32,000 nt of DNA from Candidatus Saccharimonadota bacterium (GTDB lineage: Bacteria; Patescibacteriota; Microgenomatia; UBA1406; GWC2-37-13). Where the stretch lies: the NCBI GenBank assembly GCA_016700135.1, contig CP065004.1, positions 510,001 to 542,000 of the forward strand. The letters run 5' to 3'. The notes under the pieces are model-generated. The model was not told the DNA's origin, made no database searches, and worked only from the letters and a program-made list of their open reading frames with translations. Numbering within the stretch: the stretch's first letter is position 1; every line of letters begins with the position of its first letter. Below are positions 24,392 through 32,000 of the stretch, piece by piece. Position numbers and translations under genes: made by a program.

Positions 24392-26169
24392 TTTGCAATT
24401 ACTGTTACAATAATCTCTATTCTTGCGATTACGATTTTAGTTAGAAGATTTATTCGGTCGAAGGGAAATACAAAAAATCAATTAGGATATGTCTTGTTAG
24501 GCTTAGAATTGATGCTGGGATTAATTATTGGAACGATAATCTTTCCACTAATTGTTTATGGCAGCATCTTTTTTGTGGCATTTGCACCAATGTATGCATT
24601 ACTTTTCTTAACTTTCACAGCATATGCGATTGTAAAGCATCGCCTTCTTGAGGTACGCGGACTGGTTGCAAAAGCTGTAACTTATACAATTTTATTAATA
24701 TTAATTGCTTCTTTTTATACGTTAACGACATATGGTGTTGTTACGTTATTTTTTCATGAGTCTATTCCGGCGAGATATCTTATACTCTTTAGCTTACTTT
24801 GTCTTTTTATTGCACTATCTTTTTCGTGGATTAAAAAAATAACTGAAAAACTCACCGACAAAGTATTCTATAGAGACCATTATGATGCAAATGATTTGCT
24901 TTGGAGTCTGAGCCGTATTATGGCATCGACACTTTTGTTGTCAGATTTAGTCAAACAAATACTGGATAAACTCCTTGAACAAATGAAAATTAATTACGGT
25001 GCTGTAGTTCTGGTAAAAAATAAATCCATTTTTTGGGTTGAAAGCGCAGGAGAAGTCTCGAAGCATCCGTTTGACAATGCCGGGGCGTACACCCTCGTTT
25101 ATGATTCCTATCACACCACAAAACACAACGAGCATATCTTTATTTTTGAGGAACTTCCTGAAGGGAAAATTAAAAAGCTTTTGAGGAAACAGGACCTCAC
25201 AGTGATTATTCCTCTTACGGTCAGACATGAACTGATCGGCGGCTTGATGTTGGGTCAAAAATCCTCCGGAGAAATATATTCATCCGAAGATGTCGAGGTT
25301 TTGAAAATCCTGGCTCCGGAAATCGCCGTAGCTGTCAGGAACGCCCTCTCTTATGAAGAAATTAAAAAATTCAATATTACTCTTGAAAATGAGGTTGACC
25401 GTGCTACAAAACGACTCCGTGCTGCAAACCACAGATTGAAGGAATTAGACCACTTGAAAGATGAATTCGTATCAATCGCTTCTCATGAGCTCAGAACCCC
25501 CATGACGGCCATAAAAAGCTATCTGTGGATGGCGATACATCAGCCGCAGCAGAGCATCAAGAATCCTCTTAAGAACTATCTTGATATTTCTTACAACTCC
25601 ACAGAACGTCTGATTCGGCTCGTAAATGATATGCTGACGGTGTCGCGGATAGAAAGAAACAAAATCGAGCTTAAGAAGGCGCCAATTGATATTATTGAGG
25701 TTGCGGAGCTTGTACATAATGAGCTGAAAATAACTGCGGATGAAAAAAGTATCTCTTTTGTTTTTGAACATCCCAAAAAGAAACTGATTGTAGACGGAGA
25801 TAAAGATAAGCTGCGGGAAGTCATTCAGAATATTGTCGGTAACGCACTGAAATTTACACCTGATAAAGGTACGATCACCATAAGAGCAGAAGAAAAGGGG
25901 AATCTTGTCCATCTTTCTGTCACCGATACGGCATCAGGAATCCCCAAAGAAGAACTGCCGAATCTCTTCAAAAAATTCAGTAAAATTGAGTATTCTTACT
26001 CTAAACACAGCAGCCAGCCCGGGACGGGTCTCGGTTTATATATCTCCAAACAGATTGTTTCTTTACACAACGGCGATATTAAAGTACAATCAGAAGTAGG
26101 TGTGGGAAGCACCTTTACCGTATTATTACCTCTTTATAAAGGGAAAGGCGGTGAAAATGAAAAGTAACT

Positions 26170-26580
26170 ATGTCAACAGACACAGATAGGTCTAAAACCA
26201 TTTTAGTCGTCGAAGATGAAGAGTACTTACGTGATCTGTATGTCCAGATACTGAAGCAGGAAGGATACAATGTTGAAGTCGCCGTAAACGGTGAAGAAGC
26301 CTACCAGAAAATGTCTCAAAAAGATTATGACCTTGTGATTCTGGATGTCATACTTCCGAAAATGGACGGTCTTCAGGTAGTAGATAAGCTGAAAAATGAG
26401 GGACATTCCGTCAACAAAAATGTCGTCCTGCTGTCCAATCTCGGACAGGAGCTCGTTGCTGCAAAGGCAATCGACTTAGGAGTGAGAGGATATATGGTTA
26501 AGAGTGACTATACACCTGAAGAACTGGTGAAAGAAGTCGGCGGTTATCTGACAGACGACGGACCGAAATCAGAACTATAA
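26170..26580 (+). CDS. Single-domain (CheY-like) response regulator
   Basis: 136 aa. ILVVEDEE, DLVILDVILPKMDG and a conserved Lys region (YMVKS). No output domain. Begins 2 nt after the kinase stop. Confidence 0.8.
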   Translation: MSTDTDRSKTILVVEDEEYLRDLYVQILKQEGYNVEVAVNGEEAYQKMSQKDYDLVILDVILPKMDGLQVVDKLKNEGHSVNKNVVLLSNLGQELVAAKAIDLGVRGYMVKSDYTPEELVKEVGGYLTDDGPKSEL

Positions 26581-26581
26581 T

Positions 26582-27427
26582 ATGGAACATTCATTTATGC
26601 ACAATACATCTAAAGCCGGGCAAAGAGGACAAGCTCTTATTGTTCTTGTGCTTATGATCTCAATTATCCTTGCTATTGTCAGTGCAACTTCATATCGACT
26701 GACCACAGAAACGCAAACGACCAAAGCGCAGGAAGATTCCGTACGTGCGCTGGCTGCAGCCGATGCCGGAATTGAAGTGGGGTTGCAGCGCGCGAATAAT
26801 TTACCGGCGCAAACGTATACTTTTGCGGATTTGAGTTTGAGCCTTGCCGGTGTCGACTCAACAAGAAGCAGAGTCCTTATTACAGATACCAGCAGTGATT
26901 TTGTATCTCCAGTTATACCAAAAGACGGCCAGTTTACATTTTATGTCAAAGATTATAATGATCCGGCAGCTCCCAATTATGCTTCAAATATTGCGATCAA
27001 TTTCCGTTCGGAGTCGGGTAACTCATGCGGTGCTCCGCGGACTCAGCCTGCGTATGAATTGACTTATATTTATGGCCCGACAGCCAATCTGGTCCGCCGT
27101 ATGCTTGTTGAGCCTTGTACGGGTCCTCAAGCAATATCGGGAAATTCGTTTACTGCGGCAAATCCCGGATTGTATGTAGTTGCAGCAACTAACTTTGAAC
27201 ACCGAACTGTAATCAATCCCGCAACGTCCGGAATGGCAGATATGAGAGTCATTATCATCCGCCCGATATTCGGATCGGCCCGTTTCGGATTTACCGGGAC
27301 CAATCTTGAACCTCAGGGCAAGCTTATTAGATCAGAAGCATACACTACATCCGGACCGTCAAAAATTGTTACCATCTTTCAGTCTCTTCCCCAAATTCCG
27401 GCAGAATTTTTCGTGACGACATTCTAA
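26582..27427 (+). CDS. PilX-N-like putative minor pilin / pilus-associated protein
   Basis: 281 aa. The N-terminus (GQRGQALIVLVLMISIILAIVSATSYRL...AAADAGIEVGL) resembles the PilX N-terminal domain. Confidence 0.45.
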   Translation: MEHSFMHNTSKAGQRGQALIVLVLMISIILAIVSATSYRLTTETQTTKAQEDSVRALAAADAGIEVGLQRANNLPAQTYTFADLSLSLAGVDSTRSRVLITDTSSDFVSPVIPKDGQFTFYVKDYNDPAAPNYASNIAINFRSESGNSCGAPRTQPAYELTYIYGPTANLVRRMLVEPCTGPQAISGNSFTAANPGLYVVAATNFEHRTVINPATSGMADMRVIIIRPIFGSARFGFTGTNLEPQGKLIRSEAYTTSGPSKIVTIFQSLPQIPAEFFVTTF

Positions 27428-27430
27428 AAA

Positions 27431-28156
27431 TCAGGTGAATTTTTCGAAATGTACTTGATCTCGGGGAATATTTTTTGAAGCAAGATATTCTTTCAAAGAC
27501 TCCACTACGTTCGGACCGCCGCAGATATAATAGTCGTAATTATTCAGAGTTTCTCCTTCCATGGCTTCCAGACCGTGGGTCACCCGTCCGATCATACAAT
27601 GAGGATTATCGGACTGTTCCTCCCGGGAAAGACAAATCTTTAGAGAGAAGTTTTCATACTTCTCTGCCAATTCTTGTAGTTCCTTCATGAGATACAGATC
27701 TTTTTTGTATTTCATTCCCCAAAAGAGTTTCAGTTGTTTTCCGCTTACAGAATCGGTTTCAAGCAGTGTTTTAACCATACTGTAAATCGGTGCTATACCC
27801 GTACCAGTTGCCAGGAAAATGCTGTCTTTATCTGATTCTTTGTAGGTAAATAATCCTGCGGGTCCCTGTAATGTCGCTTTTTGCCCGACGGGAAGCTCTT
27901 TTACAAACATACTTCCCAAACCGTTCGGAATAATTTCGATAACAAAATCGATATGATCTTTCTCAAGCGGAGAAGATGCGATTGAGTAAAGTCTTCGTGC
28001 TGGATGTCCCTTTTCCTCCTTAGGAATATGAAAAATCATGTATTGACCGGCTTTGTATGTCCAGTCAGCCTGATCAGGATACGAAAACTTCAAAAGATAA
28101 ATTTCGGGAGCGATTTCTGTTTTTTCAAGTAAAGTTGCCTGATAGGTGATAAGCAT
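27431..28156 (-). CDS. Ferredoxin-NADP reductase-like FAD/NAD(P)-binding oxidoreductase
   Basis: 241 aa. FAD-binding motif is RRLYSIASSP and NAD(P)-binding motif is LATGTGIAP. C-terminal motif is YICGGP. Confidence 0.75.
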   Translation of the reverse strand: MLITYQATLLEKTEIAPEIYLLKFSYPDQADWTYKAGQYMIFHIPKEEKGHPARRLYSIASSPLEKDHIDFVIEIIPNGLGSMFVKELPVGQKATLQGPAGLFTYKESDKDSIFLATGTGIAPIYSMVKTLLETDSVSGKQLKLFWGMKYKKDLYLMKELQELAEKYENFSLKICLSREEQSDNPHCMIGRVTHGLEAMEGETLNNYDYYICGGPNVVESLKEYLASKNIPRDQVHFEKFT

Positions 28157-28226
28157 GTTTGATATGGTGGGCTACTGATAACTGAATAGTACATGATACC
28201 ATAGCCGACCTGAATTATTCCTAAAA

Positions 28227-30584
28227 TTAAAGGCGGGCACGCTGAGAGATTGCCGCTTCAACAAGCTCGACAGGTTTCCCGTACTTGAGTTTTGAAAGCT
28301 GTATGATAGCCTGGGCAATCTTCTCATTGCGGGCTTTCTTCAGTTCGTCCATATCTTTTGTCATATCGACCGAGAAAGGTTCGACAGGTTCATTGTTTAC
28401 AATCGTTTTCATGTACCCATGGAAGCGTTCGATATTGATCAAGTCACTTTCATTGAAACGGGGCTGGAACTCACGAGCTAAGTAGGATGCATCCGTTACT
28501 CCGACACGGAATGACATGAGAGTACCAACGTTACCGAATACTGCATTTTTCACTTCCTCATCCATCTGTCCGATAAACTGGTTTGCCACGGTCAGACTGA
28601 GATGATATTTTCGTGCCTCTGAAAGAATGACGGCAAAGTCAGGTGTTGCGAAGTTCTGGAACTCATCTACATACAGGAAAAAATCACGACGGTCTTCTTC
28701 CGGAGTATCCACCCGGCTCATAGCCGCAGCCAGGATCTTCGGAATGATAAGAAGTCCCAGGAACGTCGAGTTCTCTTCTCCCAGTTTTCCTTTGGATAAA
28801 TTGATCAAAAGAATTTTCCCGTCGTCCATCACATTCCTGAAATCAAATGATGATTTTGATTGTCCGATAATATTTCTCATCATTTTGTTCGTAACGAAAC
28901 GTCCGAACTTCGAAACGATATAATCCAGAACTTCGGATTTATGAAAATCTGAAGTCTGGGCGATCTGATCAGTCCAGTATCTTCGGACAATCGGGTCTTT
29001 CACTTTCGGCAAAAGCTCCTGAACAAATTTCTGATCGGTCATAATACGTACGATTTCGATAAAGGTTGAGCCTTCTTCGGACATAATGGTCAGCATGGCA
29101 TTACGGACAGCATGTTCGAATCTCGGACCGATAATACCAGTCCTTTGGGGATCGTACAGTTTGTACATCAGGTTGATGATGGCTCCCGTGATGAAGTGCT
29201 TCTGCTCCTCAGTTTGTGCTTCCAGGAGATTGAGACCCATCGGACGTTCGGTTTCTGAAGGATCAAACAGAATAACATCTTCGGCGCGTTCCGGCGGGAT
29301 ATATCTTAGAGTATCATCTATCAAATCTCCATGAGGATCGATGACGCAGACACCTTTTCCGTCATTGATATCCTGTTTTATCATCTCTTTCAAAAGTTCT
29401 GATTTTCCTACACCGGTTTTTCCGATGATATACATGTGGCGCATTCGGTCTTTAAGGTGAATATTGACGGGCCGTCTGACACCTCGATAGTAGCCGTAGC
29501 CGATATGTGTCCCTCCGGTCATAGGGACTTCAGCCGCTACGGAAGCTGATTTTGCTTTCAGCCATTGGATATTAGGTGTTTCCACAGTCTTGTTCGGGAA
29601 ATGAAACATTGATGCCAGTTCATCCACGGTCATAATCGAAGTAAGTTTTGTCCCGGGCATCTCAAATGCGGGAAAGAACTTGTAGATAAAGTTCATCATA
29701 AATCCTGACTTAAACCATATTTTAGGACTCGTCAGTTCATTGTGATCGGAATCAAATTGGGTAAAAGCGTTGGTGATATTTCGTAGATGAGCGTCGGCAG
29801 TGTCACTGTTTTTGGCCGATACAACAATGCGTATCATAGTCTCAAAGGCAGGTTTAGACGTTTTTTCATCAATTTTTTCCAGAGTTTTCTGTGAAGTCTC
29901 AAATGTCGCTTCATTCGGGTCGGCCTCTTTCTTTTTGGTACTGGAGATAAATGATCTTCCTTCTGATTTCCAGCTTGAATCCGCTCCGCGAATCAGGATC
30001 TGGATGATTGCCCCTTCATCATCATCCATCTTTGAAAGGGCAGAGGTAATTGCCGCCATCGTGTCGTTCGGGATATCGCGGTATGTTTTCAATGGCATGT
30101 ATGTCTCCTTGCTTGCTTTCATTGCCTGAAAAGCAACTTTACCGTGCTCGGTAAAAATATTCGGTTCATCCACTTTTTTGATATCCGCGGACGGATAGTA
30201 TCCGTAGATAGTTTTTTCAACCAAATCAACAATCTTGCTTGGAGCAGACACATAGAACCGGATATCTGATTTTGTCCCCACAATCTCAAATGCCATGGCA
30301 TCACTAACATCCAAAAAACTCAGCCAGCCGCTGCTCTTTTTAAGAGAAGAGAAGGATGCAAACATCTGTTCAGCCGCATCAACCTTGATCTCATTGTCTT
30401 TCGGGACTATCACCTGAAGGGTGATCATTTCATATGCCATTTGTTCCCGTTTTTTCAATCGGATATAGATCACCAGGAGATATGTGAAACCAATAGTAAG
30501 AAGCGACGCAATGATTGCGCCGATGACTACAAAGCCGAAGAAAATGAGCCGGCTGATGACACCGTCAAATAATGCTTGATCCAT
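28227..30584 (-). CDS. T4SS coupling-protein-like (VirD4/TraG/TraD-type, FtsK/HerA-superfamily) membrane ATPase
   Basis: N-terminal TM helices. Walker A is IIGKTGVGKSE and Walker B is FFLYVDEFQNF. The ATG at 30584 is preferred because TATAAT lies exactly 6 nt upstream; the ORF track starts at the GTG at 30608. Confidence 0.6.
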   Translation of the reverse strand: MDQALFDGVISRLIFFGFVVIGAIIASLLTIGFTYLLVIYIRLKKREQMAYEMITLQVIVPKDNEIKVDAAEQMFASFSSLKKSSGWLSFLDVSDAMAFEIVGTKSDIRFYVSAPSKIVDLVEKTIYGYYPSADIKKVDEPNIFTEHGKVAFQAMKASKETYMPLKTYRDIPNDTMAAITSALSKMDDDEGAIIQILIRGADSSWKSEGRSFISSTKKKEADPNEATFETSQKTLEKIDEKTSKPAFETMIRIVVSAKNSDTADAHLRNITNAFTQFDSDHNELTSPKIWFKSGFMMNFIYKFFPAFEMPGTKLTSIMTVDELASMFHFPNKTVETPNIQWLKAKSASVAAEVPMTGGTHIGYGYYRGVRRPVNIHLKDRMRHMYIIGKTGVGKSELLKEMIKQDINDGKGVCVIDPHGDLIDDTLRYIPPERAEDVILFDPSETERPMGLNLLEAQTEEQKHFITGAIINLMYKLYDPQRTGIIGPRFEHAVRNAMLTIMSEEGSTFIEIVRIMTDQKFVQELLPKVKDPIVRRYWTDQIAQTSDFHKSEVLDYIVSKFGRFVTNKMMRNIIGQSKSSFDFRNVMDDGKILLINLSKGKLGEENSTFLGLLIIPKILAAAMSRVDTPEEDRRDFFLYVDEFQNFATPDFAVILSEARKYHLSLTVANQFIGQMDEEVKNAVFGNVGTLMSFRVGVTDASYLAREFQPRFNESDLINIERFHGYMKTIVNNEPVEPFSVDMTKDMDELKKARNEKIAQAIIQLSKLKYGKPVELVEAAISQRARL

Positions 30585-30645
30585 AAAATAATTATACAGG
30601 AAATCCACGTATCGGGATATTTAAGCTGTAAGAGGAGGGTAAAAA

Positions 30646-31014
30646 TCACTTCAAAAGAGCGTTTACTTTCTCTACAAATTGAGGCGGCGACATATCGCTT
30701 TTTATCCAGTGGTCAGCCGCTTTTGCCAGTCTCTTTTTATCATTATCACTGGCATCAAGATTGGTCAAAAAAATTACCGGGCATTTTAGCTTTATCTGCT
30801 CTTCGGTTAAAGCATCCATAATCTCAAACCCATCCATACCGGGCAGCATTACATCAAGGAGTACGAGATCCCAGGTATTTTTTTTAATCATATCAAAAGC
30901 CTTCTTGCCGTCAACGGTCCCCGTGACATCATAGTGTTCGTTTTTCAATAGATCGGAATAGAGCTGATGCAGAAACTGATCATCCTCAACAAGAAGTATC
31001 TTTTTTTGAGCCAT
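30646..31014 (-). CDS. Single-domain (CheY-like) response regulator
   Basis: 122 aa. ILLVEDDQ and DLVLLDVMLPGMDG, with no output domain. Immediately downstream of the pilin gene. Confidence 0.8.
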   Translation of the reverse strand: MAQKKILLVEDDQFLHQLYSDLLKNEHYDVTGTVDGKKAFDMIKKNTWDLVLLDVMLPGMDGFEIMDALTEEQIKLKCPVIFLTNLDASDNDKKRLAKAADHWIKSDMSPPQFVEKVNALLK

Positions 31015-31033
31015 ATGCCCACCAGTATATCAC

Positions 31034-31065
31034 AAAAAAACCCTCCGAAGAAATCGGAGGGTTTT
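31034..31065 (-). terminator. Rho-independent terminator downstream of the pilin gene (potentially bidirectional)
   Basis: Stem CCCTCCG (31041-31047) pairs with CGGAGGG (31055-31061) around a 7-nt loop. An A7 run lies on one side and T4 on the other, so the minus-strand transcript ends in a U-run. Confidence 0.7.
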
Positions 31066-31076
31066 AAGGTTTTTAC

Positions 31077-31517
31077 TTAGCGAGTGACTTGGATTGTGCC
31101 GCCATTTGCATCCGGTGCATAGATGGTTACACGATTGTTTTCAGCTGATGCTTCGTATCCTGTGTCATAAGCTGTACAGTCAGTGATGTCTGCTCCCTGG
31201 TTACTGGCAGGATCCTGCGGAAGTGCAGCGATATATGTCGGGACAAGAAGTGTGCACAGATCAACTCCTGTGTTACTGATTGCCGCAGGTGTTGCAGCCA
31301 TAGTACCCGGGACTTGTCCGTTGTTGGCGACCATATATTGATTAACAGCATTCAAAATGGCATTGATATCACTTCTTCGTTTTGTGTCATCTGCCTGCTG
31401 AAGCTGTTGACCTGGATTGACAGCAATAAGAGTAATAGCCAAAAGGACTGCAAGGATACCGATTACGACCAACAGTTCAATAAGCGTGAATCCTTTATTG
31501 TTTCTAAGTTTTAACAT
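31077..31517 (-). CDS. Type IV pilin / pseudopilin with a prepilin-type N-terminal methylation motif
   Basis: 146 aa. MLKLRNNKGFTLIELLVVIGILAVL is the class III signal (G/FTLIE) followed by the hydrophobic alpha-1 helix. Confidence 0.85.
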   Translation of the reverse strand: MLKLRNNKGFTLIELLVVIGILAVLLAITLIAVNPGQQLQQADDTKRRSDINAILNAVNQYMVANNGQVPGTMAATPAAISNTGVDLCTLLVPTYIAALPQDPASNQGADITDCTAYDTGYEASAENNRVTIYAPDANGGTIQVTR

Positions 31518-31545
31518 AGTACATAGAAATTAATAATATATTTTC

Positions 31546-31574
31546 AGAATAGTGAAATTTTAAGGGCATGTCAA
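31546..31574 (-). promoter_or_regulatory. Sigma70-type promoter of the pilin gene
   Basis: On the minus strand: TTGACA (31574-31569), a 17-nt spacer, then TATTCT (31551-31546). This lies about 28 nt upstream of the ATG. A second copy occurs 271 bp further right within the duplication. Confidence 0.55.
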
Positions 31575-31671
31575 GAGTATTTGCTGTGTTATCAATGCAG
31601 AAGCAATACATCACTCTTCTTCATCCTGCCTGTAAGTTGTGATGAGGACGTCACTCGTGAGTTCATCATTT

Positions 31672-31788
31672 TCACGGGTAGACTTCATAGCCGAGGGATT
31701 TTATCATAGCCAAAAGGACTGCAAGGATACCGATTACGACCAACAGTTCAATAAGCGTGAATCCTTTATTGTTTCTAAGTTTTAACAT
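31672..31788 (-). pseudogene. Duplicated pilin 5' fragment fused to a frameshifted remnant (38-aa chimeric ORF)
   Basis: Hand translation gives MLKLRNNKGFTLIELLVVIGILAVLLA, then MIKSLGYEVYP and a stop. It has its own copy of the pilin promoter. Confidence 0.4.
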
Positions 31789-31881
31789 AGTACATAGAAA
31801 TTAATAATATATTTTCAGAATAGTGAAATTTTAAGGGCATGTCAAGAGTATTTGCTGTGTTATCAATGCAGAAGCAATACA

Positions 31882-32000
31882 TCACTCTTCTTCATCCTGC
31901 CTGTAAGTTGTGATGAGGACGTCACTCGTGAGTTCATCATTTTCACGGGTAGTAACTTCATAGCCGAGGGATTTTATCATGGTTGTAATTTCGTCTTTAT
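31882..32000 (-). CDS. C-terminal end of an unidentified protein entering from the right edge
   Basis: The open frame reads ...KDEITTMIKSLGYEVTTRENDELTSDVLITTYRQDEEE and ends at the TGA at 31884-31882. Too short to assign a function. Confidence 0.4.
   Translation of the reverse strand, partial: KDEITTMIKSLGYEVTTRENDELTSDVLITTYRQDEEE

Larger units (their letters stand above)
23262..26167 (+). pseudogene. Sensor histidine kinase (7TM N-terminal sensor, GAF-like, HisKA, HATPase_c) split by an IS1595 insertion
   Basis: Fragment 23262-23676 (multi-TM) and fragment 24392-26167 are in the same frame once the IS and one TSD copy are removed (...AMPIFA/ITVTIISIL...). The H-box is SHELRTPMTAI and the G-box is GTGLGLYISKQIV. 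Confidence 0.8.
31437..31980. repeat. Tandem direct duplication (units 31437-31707 and 31708-31980)
   Basis: The 271-bp and 273-bp units appear identical by eye apart from a 2-bp indel (GGGTAGACTTC versus GGGTAGTAACTTC). Each unit contains the pilin 5' end, its promoter and the 3' end of the upstream gene. Confidence 0.85.

Noticed and set aside
513-25912. Many 60-146-aa ORFs antisense to or overlapping long genes (for example 513-782, 730-1116, 3571-3885, 4015-4350, 5123-5506, 14544-14849, 22733-23161, 24947-25258, 25472-25912)
   Set aside because: All are nested within longer ORFs that carry recognisable family motifs. They have low-complexity or odd composition and no start-site signals, so they were treated as non-coding shadow frames.
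1-32000. CRISPR arrays, rRNA/tRNA genes, or recoded stop codons (UGA reassignment, as in some CPR lineages)
   Set aside because: I saw no regularly spaced direct repeats and no rRNA- or tRNA-like segments in the intergenic regions I read (the longest is about 260 nt); I did not scan every position. Several motif-supported genes, including virB4-like, STAND-1 and the AstE-like gene, terminate at TGA where the protein family is expected to end, which is consistent with the standard code.

Overview
Gene-dense, compact window with short or overlapping intergenic regions and mostly standard-code ORFs. By inference only, it resembles a small-genome Patescibacteria/CPR-like bacterium. Core-looking genes sit at both ends. 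The left end carries thioredoxin, a Xer-like recombinase homologue, RNase HI, a PrgI/VirB3-like plus VirB4-like type IV secretion module, and PBP2. The right end carries a sensor kinase with a response regulator, a PilX-like protein and a type IV pilin, an FNR-like oxidoreductase and a VirD4/TraG-like ATPase. The middle (about 8.2-24.4 kb) looks accessory. It is bounded by two same-length (715 bp) inverted IS1595-type elements encoding identical transposases, each with its own 7-bp target duplication. One lies next to an IS481-like transposase gene and the other splits the sensor kinase gene. Between them are a DNPH1-like/RHH fusion protein, an AstE/AspA-family hydrolase, and a three-gene operon (unknown protein, APH-type kinase, TIM-barrel isomerase). 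There are also two paralogous HTH/NB-ARC/TPR STAND proteins that share a palindromic upstream motif, and two secreted proteins. The most system-like candidate is an AT-rich same-strand cassette: STAND protein, nitroreductase (frameshifted at an A9 tract), PaaK-like adenylating enzyme and E1/ThiF-like enzyme, with no recognisable substrate gene. Other observations are a Xer homologue lacking the catalytic Tyr and Arg, a recurrent -10/N6-7/ATG (leaderless-type) gene-start architecture, and a 271-bp tandem duplication spanning the pilin promoter and 5' end. All family assignments come from motif reading of the supplied translations; no database search was run.
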